The notes below the pieces were generated by a model that saw only the letters and a program-made list of their open reading frames with translations, was not told the origin of the DNA and ran no database searches. Made by a program: the position numbers and the translations under genes. A stretch of DNA of 63,147 bases, counting the filler, from Sphaeroforma arctica JP610 (lineage: Eukaryota): assembly GCF_001186125.1 (NCBI RefSeq). It is 3 parts of one record of this genome, joined end to end, with 100 filler letters (N's around TTAATTAATTAA, not from the genome) between each part and the next. Parts side by side here need not be neighbours in the genome. Positions count along the whole stretch, not along the records: positions 25,691 to 51,347 come from NW_014040552.1; positions 51,448 to 63,147 come from NW_014040552.1; 1 more part is not named here. One strand, written 5' to 3'. Of the stretch, positions 40,936 through 52,224 are shown in pieces. Position 1 is the stretch's first letter. Each line of letters opens with the position of its first letter.

Positions 40936-41490
40936 TGTATGTTTCGGTCTATCAAGGCGATATTAACGCCTTAGAGTAATTAAACGCTTAGGCTAAGTCT
41001 AAGTATAGTTAAATTTGAAATAAATAAACGAAATGAGTATTTTAGTAAAGGTAGGTATGCCTCGTGAAAACAGCAATACTCTGAGGGATTGTGAGGCCGC
41101 GACATTGCCTATATATAATCCTCTCAGTAATGTTATCGCCGAAGGGATTTTATTTAGTGTTTCGTTGTCGCTCTATTAGAAACTATTGTATGTTTCGTTG
41201 GACGAACCCGAGAGACTCATAAAAACCTATTTTTAGAAACAAACGGAATAGAAAAAAATGATGTCCATAGTTATTGCTTTAACCAATAACTTGCCACTTA
41301 TCCATAATTACCGACTTCGCCTTCAGCAGACTGGCACATCTGGTTGGCTGAACGGAGGTTAAACTAGGTAACGCGAATAGTCTCTAGAAACCTATATTCG
41401 GTTGAGCCATCTCGCTACCGAAGTTTTCAGATATAAACAAAGTTGGAAAATAAATATAGTTCTATTAATAGAACTAGACCAACTCTTATA
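40936..41490. mobile_element. LTR-like repeat, copy 1 (truncated)
   Basis: Starts tgtatgtttcggtcta; highly similar to 51448-52060 in the same orientation (gacattgcctatatataatcctctc..; ggttgagccatctcgctaccgaag). Confidence 0.75.
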
Positions 41491-41831
41491 CTTGGTAAGC
41501 GGATTGGGGTGATGATGGAGGTTTTCGAGACGCGACATAAGTTTCAGCATTCTTGGATTGTGTCAAATCTGGACTAGGTGCATTCTTGGAAGACTTCATA
41601 ATCGGAATAATCAGTACTTGGGCACCAGTAATCTTGTCCACCATTCACTTCTGGCAATATATCCAGATCGTCGACAACATTCTTACTATGTAAAACAGTA
41701 CAAACATCATGATTGTGCTGAACAAACAAGCGGCAAATATATTCTGTGTCAGCTCGTCTTTGTAGTTCCGCATTCTTGTATGCATTTCTTTAGGAACTCG
41801 AGCCTTAAAGTGAGACCCGTCTAATTCCCCC

Positions 41832-43196
41832 TGTAATAAGCCGGGCCTCCGCATTCGACTCTATGTATAAACGTGTTCTTAAGCAGTACGCAAGTTATAA
41901 ACATACTTTCCAAATTTATTTATATCTGAATACTTCGGTAGCGAGATGCCTCAACCGAATATAGGTTTCTAGGGACTATTAACGCTACCTAGTTGATCCT
42001 CCAATAAGCCAACCAGATGTGCGTCTGATGAAGGCTAAGTCGGCAATTCTTGATAGGGATAATATTATCTATTACAAAAATGGCAAGTATGTATGATACA
42101 ATGTATGAACATATGGTATGGCTCTCATAGTCGCTGTAGTGGTTCAGGAAATATTGATGGGAAGAAGTGGTCAGTAAATTCCCGTTTGAAGCTTGGGCCA
42201 AGTGAGTCGACAATGGAAGATATGTGCTGAGTCAATTCGGGCCGGTTTTAATAAAACATTGTTACTATCGAATGCTCCATATATTTGCTTGCTGACTTAC
42301 TAAGTAGAGTACCTACCTCTGTGGTACGGATCGGGTCTGCGCCGTGAAGTGCCGCGGAATGGGTTAGTGCAGTGTACGAGATACCGAGAAGGACCAGGTT
42401 ATCCGTCATAATCCGGTCGAGAAGCGAGAATGGGGGTAAGCCAATGCCGCACCAGACCACGGATGAGTTCGGTATGTGTTGGCTGGCCTAGATTGGAAGC
42501 ATCATAGTCGGAACCAACAAGCGCGATGATTTGGTTTGAACCGATATTTGGAAGTAGTACTTCAACATCGTGATTAGCCGGGGTTTGGAGAACATCTGTT
42601 GATGTGTCAGAAACGGGTGAGAGTACGGTGGTTCTTCAACATGCTGGAGAAAAGATCCAAGGTGTTCGTGGAGGGTCCAGGTACCGTGGAAGTCGTGACA
42701 CTCCTTTATTGCTGAAGGAGGTCAGGGCCAATGGGCGGCAGTTTCGGGCCTACCAGGATGCGTCGAATCAATTGTTGGATGCAGGTAAAGTGGCTGGTAG
42801 TGAACTTGTGGCTACCGGGGCAGACAGGGCAGAGAAAGCCGTCGGTGCGGTAGTCGAGCAATGTGAACATGTACGTTCTTGATAGTGACAAGTTATTGGT
42901 TAAGACTATAATTAAGGACGTCAAGAGTAATATTTTTCTAAAGATTTTTATGAGTCTGAGCGGCAACGAAACACTAAATAAAATCCCTTCGGCGGAAACA
43001 GTACTGAGAATATTATATATAGGCAATGTCTCAGTCTCAAAATCTCTCATAGTATTGCTGTTTTCACGAGGCAACCCTAACTTTATTAAACGTCTCATTT
43101 CGTTTATTTATATCGAGATTTACACGATATAGAATTTATCTACGCGTTAATTTATTCTAAGGCATTAGTATCGCCTTTATTAGACCGAATCTTACG
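41832..43196. mobile_element. LTR-like repeat, copy 2 (inverted relative to copy 1), split by an 819-bp insertion
   Basis: Begins tgtaataagccgggcctcc and ends agaccgaatcttac (TGTAA...TTAC[A] termini). 41832-42056 and 42886-43196 match the reverse complement of the other copies. Confidence 0.75.
42057..42875 (-). mobile_element. Insertion with a 10-bp TSD; probable 5'-truncated non-LTR retrotransposon (LINE) 3' fragment
   Basis: ttcttgatag flanks both sides (42047-42056, 42876-42885). Minus-strand decayed frames include CPVCPGSHKFTTSHFTC, resembling a C-terminal CCHC knuckle. No RT motif and no poly(A) tail are visible. Confidence 0.5.
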
Positions 43197-43559
43197 TAAG
43201 GTGCAACCAAAGATTGAAGTTAAGTGACAAACATACCAAGATTCTGAACATGTGACAGTACTAAGTAGAGTATGGGACTCTACTGTGGACAATTAGGTGG
43301 TTTTCCAAATATAGATTGGTTTTTCCACTGAAATTAGAATTGTACATAATATAGGAACGACACCAATCTGACACCTGAAAATGACACTTTGGGAATCTCT
43401 AATTGATGGGAGTACCATGAGAGAGGGTCTCGGGCATGAAATGGTTGTTGGTACAAACCTATGGTATAATTCGATAATGATCTCAGAGCAACATAATCCA
43501 CTGAGAAAAGGACAGGATCAGTGTTGTTAGAATTTAGGACAACCTGGTTTTGATTCCTC

Positions 43560-44008
43560 CTAGCCAGCCAACTAGATGTGCCCGTCTATGCCTTAAATGG
43601 GATAGGGAGCTAGGTACCAAGTTATGGGATTTAGGTGCAGATTTATACTGCACCAGCTTGGTGTTTTGATTTTCTTTTTTCTTTTCTTAAGTTGGACATT
43701 GAGGTATTTTATTGGTTAGTTTGATTGGGTGATTGTTTCGAGGCGTGAAATGTAAAGGTTCTAGGGTTTGAAATTATATCTAATATTGTTAACTAAAACA
43801 TAAATAAATCTAGACCGAAGTAGTGAGTGATTAGAGTGGATCATATAGACAATAGTCTCAGTCTAAAATCCTCTAATATTTTGCTCAATACCAAGGGCTG
43901 AAGCTAAACTTATTTAACATTTTGCATTTTAACGTATTAACGTATGTTCTTATAACGTAAACGTTTTGGTATCGTGTATAGTCAGCCTAGAGGAGACCGA
44001 CTTTTACA
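43560..44008. mobile_element. Diverged LTR-like relic related to the same family
   Basis: agccaactagatgtgcccgtct resembles agccaaccagatgtgcgtct in copy 2; the end gagaccgacttttaca resembles agaccgaatcttac. Confidence 0.5.
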
Positions 44009-44917
44009 GTTTCAAAAGAAATTTTACGCGAATTCAAAGAAATAGCCATTCTTTTTTACAAAAACAGCTTTTGAAACTTTTGTAAAAATACGATTATAGA
44101 TGTTCAAAACAGGTGATTTTGGAAGTATGGTCATTTTTCAAGTTTGAGTTGCAAACCGATTTTTTGAGAAGATGCCTATTTTGAATTTTGAAAAATGCCC
44201 TTTTATGCAAAAATGAACATTTCATCGAAAATGGCCGTAATATTAGAGTTGCAGAACAGGGCCTTATCAATGTGCGGTATACCACACATGAGGCCAACGG
44301 CTGTTGCGGAGTTGCCTGCTGGGAGTGTTGGGATAAAGTTGAGCTTCAAGTGTATTCGATTGTTGTCAGTCGAACTACACACTTCATAGCTAAAGAGTGG
44401 CGACTGAACTATTGGCATGCATCGCTCTGAATCCGACCTGGCCTTACCTTTACTATAACGTGGTTGATATCATCTGGCAGCATTGACATCTTTCACGCAG
44501 ATACACAGCAATTCAGTATCAGCAACCGTTGAACATGTCTTTCTCCGCAATGCTCGGTGCTCTGAGGCGACTCGCCAACACCACTACACGAACCCCAACC
44601 ATACTGTTAACGCCTGTGCATACAGCGATTCATTATCCAATTGGCCTCAGGCCTGAGCTGCCTATAATTGCAAGGTATGTCCACGTGTAGGCTCTTGACA
44701 ATTCGGTACCACATACGTTTCTATATATTGGAGTTGATAAAGTTCCGCCTGACTACAGGATGTTTCGCAACCATCAGTCGAACAATAATTAACGACATCG
44801 ACGTCTTTTCTACTATATCAGAGGGTGAGCTATTCATACATGATTCTCACCTGGTGGCGATGTCTCGTGTTTAGAATGTGTTTTGTTACATTTCAAACAT
44901 ACACAAGCACTATTGCT

Positions 44918-44962
<45 letters not shown>

Positions 44963-45131
44963 ATGTGTACACATGTTCGTATATATATATATATGTGTGT
45001 GTGTGTATGTGTATGTATATATGTATATATATAATTATATGTCTTTATATATATTATTTGTATATATTGATATCAATATATATATGTGTGTGTGTGTGTG
45101 CGTGTGTGTGTGTGCAAGTGTGTGTGTGTAA

Positions 45132-45165
<34 letters not shown>

Positions 45166-45319
45166 ACATCCGTGTTTGTATCTATGTACGTATGTATATA
45201 TGTAAACATGTTTCTATTTGTGTATGCAAATTACCATATATATGTATATATGTGTGTGTGTGTGTGTGTTTTTGGGTATGTTTGTATATATGTATGTATA
45301 TGCATATATATATATATGC

Positions 45320-45351
<32 letters not shown>

Positions 45352-45411
45352 GTCTGTGTCTGTGTCTGTGTTTATGTGTGCGTGTATGTCTGTGTGTGTA
45401 AGTATATAATT

Positions 45412-45456
<45 letters not shown>

Positions 45457-46231
45457 GAACTCGTACTTCAAAAAATTTGATTAGATCAGATGCCATAATT
45501 TTTATGGTGTTCTGGTTCACCTCACCTTATTGACATCATCGTGCTTGAAAATAGTGTTTCTATTCTGTGACTGTATTGGCAGTCTTATAACACATAGTGA
45601 TGCAAGGGGCCGCTGTCATAAGAAGATCTACTTTCGATAGTATATTACTGAAGTATATTCTGTACAAGTGTATTTGATGTCAACGCAATTCCAGAATTTG
45701 CCAGAGAACACTTATTCTGTGTACATCGGTGTCGTTTGGGGATCTGTTAAATGAAGATCAACGTCATGTGGTGGTGCACAAACAATGAATACGGAATGTG
45801 TTAGGTGTTTAATTCCGTTGTGATGCAAACGCTTTTTAGGCCATATACGCTTTAGGTTTATGATCTATTGTGGCTGATCCGGTACAAATTACGAAAGTAT
45901 CCCACATAATCCTCACACTATTCTGCGCCGCCCACTCGAATTGATGATCAAAATGTATGACCAGGCGACCCAAGACACTCTTGTATATATCTACAGTTCA
46001 CAGGCACCCCTATAGCTGCACACGCTTTGGTTATGGGTGTTCTAGTATGGCGTAGTTTGGATAGCGAGAGCGCTTCAGTCGGTCAAGATACTGTGGAAAA
46101 CAGCTCTGTGCGGTCAGTATAGAAATGTTTGTTCTGAAAGCATCCCATTGGTTCCATGATCGTCGTCATTCATTTCACAAATATAATTTATCAATATGTA
46201 CATTTGTATTAAATATTTTACTAAAACACAG

Positions 46232-46667
46232 CCTCCGTGCCGCAAACAATCTCTCGGTCCGCACTATTGGATCTGCATCTGGCAACGAGAAGATATACGC
46301 GTGTGAGTGGCCCGGCTGTGGTCAGACATCTGTCAGTCCTGCTAACCTGAAGATTCATATCCGGGTGCACACGGGCGACCGTCCGTATACCTGTGACTAC
46401 CCTGGGTGTGGCAAGAAGTTTGTTCAAAAAGGCCATTTAAAAACGCACATTCGCGTGCACACAGGGGAACGGCCCTATGCCTGTGACTATCCTGGGTGTG
46501 GACAAGCCTTCAAGCAAATTATTACGTTGCAGTATCACAAAAGCGTTCACTCGGACGAACGGCCCTATGCCTGTGACGTACCTGGGTGTTCTGCCAAATA
46601 TAAACGGTTTTATAGTATGCAACGCCATAAACGCAATCAACATGGCGAGCACGACTCAACCAATTAA
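46232..46667 (+). CDS. C2H2 zinc-finger protein, four tandem fingers (probably a terminal exon; true start uncertain)
   Basis: Four CxxPGC..HxxxH fingers with TGDRP/TGERP/SDERP linkers; candidate acceptor aaacacag ending at 46231. The ORF-track start at 46125 may be intronic. Confidence 0.85.
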
Positions 46668-46732
46668 ACATAAGCCGCTGCACAGGCGCGGGTATTCAAT
46701 AGAAATGCACGCGGATTGTCTTCTCGTCGGTC

Positions 46733-46930
46733 ACACTTGATCCAAAAGGTGTTTGTATTTGAATACCATTTGATCCAAAAGGTGTTAGTATTTGAATACC
46801 ACTTGATCCAAAAGATGTTTACATTAGAATATCACTTGATCCAAAAGGTGTTTATATTTGAATACCACTTGATCCAAAAGGTGTTTATATCTGAATACCA
46901 CTTGATCCAAAAGGTGTCTATATCTGAATT
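46733..46930. repeat. 33-bp tandem repeat (x6) just downstream of the zinc-finger gene
   Basis: cacttgatccaaaaggtgtttatatttgaatac units. Confidence 0.92.
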
Positions 46931-48193
46931 CATGCCGTTGTACCAATGCACGCTGAAGGTGTTCAACCCCGAGCCATGAATTCATCAACTAGAATACGAT
47001 TTAGGCTATACTTCAAAATTGTTTGTATGCGAGCTTGAACGCCTGCAGGCGGACTGTGGGGTTTACTGGGTGTATTACCTACTCTATATGCAGAAGCTGC
47101 AATGAGACACCACACTGTTGATACTGAGATTTTGCTCGTTTCTAACTGCTTCATATTTTTTCGGTCAGAAAGTATCTAGGCTAGTTCATTGTTACTTGGT
47201 GAATCTTGGTTAGTTTTAAAACGCCTTTGAACCACAGCCAGACCCTTTCAATCCATATTCTTTTATTTGCGAGTTTACATGTGTTTTTGGATCTTCAATT
47301 CTGTTTTTTTTTTAATGTAGATGCAGCAAAATAATCATACTCGTGTTAGTTTACATGTGTTTTTGGATCTTCAATTCTGTTTTTTTTTTAATGTAGATGC
47401 AGCAAAATAATCATACTCGTGTTGGAACAAGTCTATCATCTATCCAGACAATGCTTGACCAAGGCATATTAAGCAATACAGCTACACCAATAGTCACTGT
47501 ACTTAGCCACTCATTATTAAGCAAGTATGTTATATATTCATTTCGTCTCAACTAAGAGGACGTTAATGTATATGCGCCTCAATTATTTATGACACTACAC
47601 TATATTTTGGAGCTCTGTGAATCGAAGACATCAGTGATGTGGAAAATGCGCAAGCCGCCACAGCTTGTGTAACTACACCACAATCATAAGCTTCACATCG
47701 GATCTCAAACTATACAGCGCGAATGATCTTGGATCGGAAGAACGCTACCCAATAGCGCGCAGTCTATACAAAGCCACTCCATCTCGGTAGGTGTCCGCAC
47801 CCTTGTATTTCCGGCTAAGCTACAGTGCGAATAGAATCAAGCATGGGCAGTAGTTCGAAGTCCTTATTGATTGTACTTTTCAAATCGATGTGTTATATCG
47901 AAGGTTAGATACCGCAGTAGCCTATCGCGATTAGTACATACTGACTTAGACACCACGCATGCATGCATGTTCTGTTTCAGTGAAGGTCTTGTTAAAATGC
48001 ACATAAGTCGTTATTTCTTTTGCAAACATACAATGCTGAGTTTAGCTATTGAATAAAGAGATTTGATGGTACTTAATAACTTTGATGGTACTTAATGAAT
48101 CAGTATAGCTGCACAGTTGCAGGGCGTTCAATCTGAAGAAGCCAAAGGCACTCTATAATATACTTAAGGTAGAAATGCATACGAGGTTTATAA

Positions 48194-50702
48194 TTATCTG
48201 AAATCTGTTGCTGCCTCGGGCTCTACTTGGCACCTATATTCCACATTGAAGGGATCGTCTTCTATCTCTTTCACTTGGACGTCTTTAAATCCACACTCTC
48301 TAAACAGCTTCAACGCCTTGTCTTGGCCCCACATCATCCCAAAGCCTTTACCCTTCCCATCCACACCCAACCCTACGGGCATACAATAGAACAATGAAAC
48401 GGCGTATGCAAACCCGCTCATCGTGGATCCCACATTTCCTCGGATCTGGAAGAATCGCAACGGTTCGACAGGTAAACAAGTGCAGCAGTGCTCACTAATC
48501 TCGGAGGCACGGGTTAGTGTACCCCCGTGACACTCGCGAGTTTTCAAACACATATTCAGAAGGCAAAAGGCAAGGCATGTGAGCCATAAAACTGAGCAAT
48601 CTTGCTGCTACTAGTTACAAATCGAGGAGATATGCACAATCCTGGGATCAACCGTGCGCGATGCCATAGTAGTTACAAATCGAGGAGATATGCACAATCC
48701 TGGGATCAACCGTGCGCGATGCCATAGTTGTTACAAATCAAGGAGATATGCACAATCATGGGATCAACCGTGCGCGATGACATTTGCCGCTGCGCAGGGA
48801 ATCCTAGACTACATCGCTCTCGAATGGCTACGAGAGCAGTATATAGGATCATTTCAAAACTTGTCTGAACAGTTTCCTTAGAGGTCCCACTGTGCCGCAA
48901 AGGCAGAACGGCACATCATGAATGGCAACGATCAAATATCACACACGCACGAGACATGTAACACACACATCACACACACACGCCAAACACTTACATCGGA
49001 TTGGGCCTGAACATCGACAGCGGAAAATGTGCCCTTGCGTTTCGTGAGCACGCTGACGACGCCTTTGACAACCTCTTCCGGGTGATTCAGATCGTGCACT
49101 GCATCGAATGCCGTGGCGTAATCGAAATCCCCCAATTCCCCGTCGGTGAGATCCACCGCGTCTTTCATAACGAACTCGATATTTGACAGTTCTGAAAGGA
49201 TGGACGGACGGATAACCAACCAACTTCATCGAATAGTAAAGTGTCTGTACTACAATGAAAGTAGTAAAGTGTCTACTACAATGACAGCTTACACAGTTTA
49301 CAATGCATGCGACCTACACGACACATGGCAAGAAGATATTGGCACCACCGCGAATTGTCGACAACAGTTTCGGGATAGGAAACAAACAGACAACTCGGGG
49401 ACTCCCATACCCCCTAAAGATAGACAGCCTCTGCTCCTCTTGCTATAAATAGCACAACAGACTGGGAATCACCGCACACAAAGGGCAGAGGGGGTGTATG
49501 TGAGCATGGACCTAAAGGGCAGAGGGGGTGTATGTGGGCATGGACCTAAAGGACAGAGGGGGTGTATGTGGGCATGAACCTGAAGTGTAGAGGGGGTGTA
49601 TGCGGGCATGGACCTAAAGGGCAGAGGGGGTGTATGTGGGTATGGACCAGCGCATGGCTGTAACTCGAGAGAGTGTAACCTATGACCGTATCGTGCAATA
49701 CATCCTATTATGCCGGTTGTCCGATCAGCTCACCTCCTACGGCTTTACTAGCCACGTTGATAGCGGTTTCATCGATATCGATTCCCACGAATTGCGACTT
49801 TGGATACTCGCGCGCCATTAAACGGGTTGCCACACCTGACCCACAACCAAGGTCTGTTGATTTATGTGGGTTTTAGGGTTTTAGGGTTATTTTTGTGGAT
49901 CAAACGTATGCGAATCGTTACGAGTGGAGCCTGCAGTGAGGGGTAAAATCCTCACATCAACAATTCCATCACCCCACCGCAAATTGGGTGTTAAGGCAAA
50001 CGATTGCTAGCGTCTAAATTAACGCACAATGATATTTTCAATGGCTTTGGGGTCAAAGTATCACCGACAGGTAAACCTTACATGACTGCTTGTAGTCAAG
50101 ACACATCACACAAGCGATATCAGAGTGCTCACTTACCGAGGACACGCATGCCACCTTCCTGCAGTTTCTCGTGAAGCACCGGGTTTCGCTTAATGAAGCC
50201 CAATAAGCTCGAGTTGTGTTTAGCGATGGCCAGTTCCTCCATGAACGAGTTGAAGCCTGTCACGAGAGAGTATAAACAATATTACATCAGTTTGATTGCG
50301 GTATGAAGACAGGGTTTAGGGTTTAGGGTTTAAGGGTTTGGGGTTTAGGCTGCTATTCATGATATAGAAGAGTTTAAAATCACGCACTGATTGTTGAAAA
50401 CAAACTCGAGACAGACATTTAAACAGCCCCAGAAAAACTTGTAGTCGCATCACGATGACTGGTCGTCGATTTAGAAGCAGCAGAGCTCGCTCCAACCGGG
50501 CTTATCAATATACACGCACCTGGATACGTGCCGTAGGCCATCCCTTTACCACTACGGAACAACTCGGGCATTTTCTTGTATACAGCTGAATTCAGCAGTG
50601 GTATCTCAGTCGAATAGGCCGCTAGATTGCCGGGCATATCCGAACACAACACCCCCCAGTGTTCGGGAGGAAATGTGAAATACTCTTCTTCTAATGAGTA
50701 AG
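48194..50702 (-). CDS. Class I SAM-dependent methyltransferase, Rv2258c-like (5 exons seen; N-terminal exons missing)
   Basis: Exons ~50520-50702 (FTFPPEH..ELFRSGKGMAYGTYP), ~50138-50256 (LQEGGMRVL), ~49734-49853 (DLGCGSG..YPKSQFVGIDID), ~48994-49192 (FDYATAFDAVHDL), 48194-48446 (YAVSLFYCMPVGL..GFGMMWGQDKA..GF..DDPFNVEY). Confidence 0.88.
48612..48778. repeat. 58-bp tandem repeat x3 (intronic)
   Basis: tagttacaaatcgaggagatatgcacaatcctgggatcaaccgtgcgcgatgccatag. Confidence 0.9.
49479..49648. repeat. 34-bp tandem repeat x5 (intronic)
   Basis: gacctaaagggcagagggggtgtatgtgggcatg. Confidence 0.9.
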
Positions 50703-51347
50703 CTGTAGAGAGCATAGTATTGGTGAGGTCAATGATCCTGAGCACGTTTGGTACTTTCCGTTTTTAGGCTGAGCTGCGACAAAATCACACTCAAACGCGC
50801 AAGTATATATGGAATTATACTTGGCGGCATATGTATAGAATACAAGTACAACTGTATCAAATACAGATCGCAGACCAGTATGCTAGTCTCATAGAAAAAG
50901 GTACAAATGAAGGCTGTGCATGGATTTATACGTAGTTATCACGATGTAGATTAGTACTTTCTATGATCTAAACACTGCCAATAAGACAGATGCAACATAG
51001 CAGGTGAAGATGTGCCTATATGATTGCGCCTGTATATAACTACATAAACAAACATATCCGTGTTTGTGAACTTTGAAAGGTATGCGAGGTACTCGCACAT
51101 GGTTATAAGATACATAAACATGAAGTTCGCCATGTATCTATTAATTCGTTTGTAAATACGCATATATGTGCATAGTCGTGCGTTAAAGGGACGTATAAAC
51201 CTTATAACAAACTGGAAAAAATTCCATCACATTTCAACTATTCGTAAAAGAAAGCAAGTCAACTTTAATACAAAAATACATGTATGTATATTGTGTTCCC
51301 ATGCTGATTAATAATTTTGTCTCTTCATCTACCCATCTATGAATATA

Positions 51348-51447
51348 NNNNNNNNNNNNNNNNNNNNNNNNNNNNNNNNNNNNNNNNNNNNTTAATTAAT
51401 TAANNNNNNNNNNNNNNNNNNNNNNNNNNNNNNNNNNNNNNNNNNNN
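51348..51447. other. Artificial assembly linker (44 N + TTAATTAATTAA + 44 N)
   Basis: Same structure as 25591-25690. Confidence 0.95.
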
Positions 51448-52060
51448 GACATTGCCTATATATAATCCTCTCTGTACTGTTTTCGCCGAAGGGATTTATT
51501 TAGTGCTTCGTTGTCGCGCTATTAGAAACTATGGTGTATTTCGTTGGGGCGAATCCGAGAGACTCATAAAATCCTATCTTTAGAAAAAAAATAGCAAAAA
51601 GAAAAAGAAAATACTCTTGATGTCTTTTGTGATGTCTTTTGTTATTATCTTAACCAATAACTTTCCGCTTATCAAGAATTACCGACTTGCCATCATCAGA
51701 CTGTCACATCTGGTTGGCTGAATGGAGGATCAACTAGGTAACATTAATAGTCCCTAGAAACCTATTTTCGGTTGAGCCATCTCGCTACCGAAGTATTCAG
51801 ATATAAGCAGATTTGGAATAAAATATAGTCCTATTAATAGAACTAGACCAAATCTTATGTTTGGTATTTTACTGGGACATTTTAATGGTCTTGTCCAAAT
51901 ATATGATATGTAAAATGGAAAAGGCATTAATTAATAAAACCGTTAAAAACCATTTAGAAAACTTAAGTTCCTTGCACTATTAAGAGTACGTTTATAGTTT
52001 ACGTACTGCTTAAGAGTACGTTTATAACATAGAGTCTAATGTGGAGGCCCGGCTATTACA
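51448..52060. mobile_element. LTR-like repeat, copy 3, abutting and truncating the pol gene of the adjacent retroelement
   Basis: Ends ggaggcccggctattaca (52060), the reverse complement of the copy 2 start. It joins the pol frame mid-codon with no polypurine tract. Confidence 0.8.
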
Positions 52061-52224
52061 CAGTATTGTCGTAACTGAGCATTGTGGCTTGATGCAAAGG
52101 CGTTAACGTCGTTAGGTCCGAAGTGTTTTTGAACCTGATCAAAAAAATCGGGGTACAACTTCCAGCACGATGTGTAGAAGATAGCCGGAAAGTTAATATC
52201 CGCCGTGCCCTCATGAACCCGGCT
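52061..52224 (-). pseudogene. N-terminal fragment of a Dam-like (DIRS-type) DNA N6-adenine methyltransferase domain following RNase H
   Basis: Manual translation: SRVHEGTADINFPAIFYTSCWKLYPDFFDQVQKHFGPNDVNAFASSHNAQLRQY, matching the W.L....F......GP..VD.FAS..NA.L..[FY] signature. The catalytic NPP[FW] part is absent because the frame is cut at 52060. Confidence 0.72.

Larger units (their letters stand above)
40149..44263. mobile_element. Putative non-autonomous PIF/Harbinger-like element hosting nested insertions
   Basis: Left end tta|ggcaacgttctgcaactcaata, right end tattagagttgcagaacagggcc|tta: ~22-bp imperfect TIRs with a TTA target duplication. No transposase recognised. Confidence 0.6.

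Noticed and set aside
40936..43196. Inverted LTR pair as DIRS-type inverted terminal repeats
   Set aside because: The spacer is only ~340 bp with no RT or tyrosine recombinase, and the copies have TG..CA-type ends and differ in their deletions.
51448..52060. The LTR as the native 3' LTR of the adjacent Gypsy element
   Set aside because: It joins mid-codon inside the methyltransferase-like frame with no integrase or polypurine tract in between, which fits a secondary insertion better. An internal deletion cannot be fully excluded.
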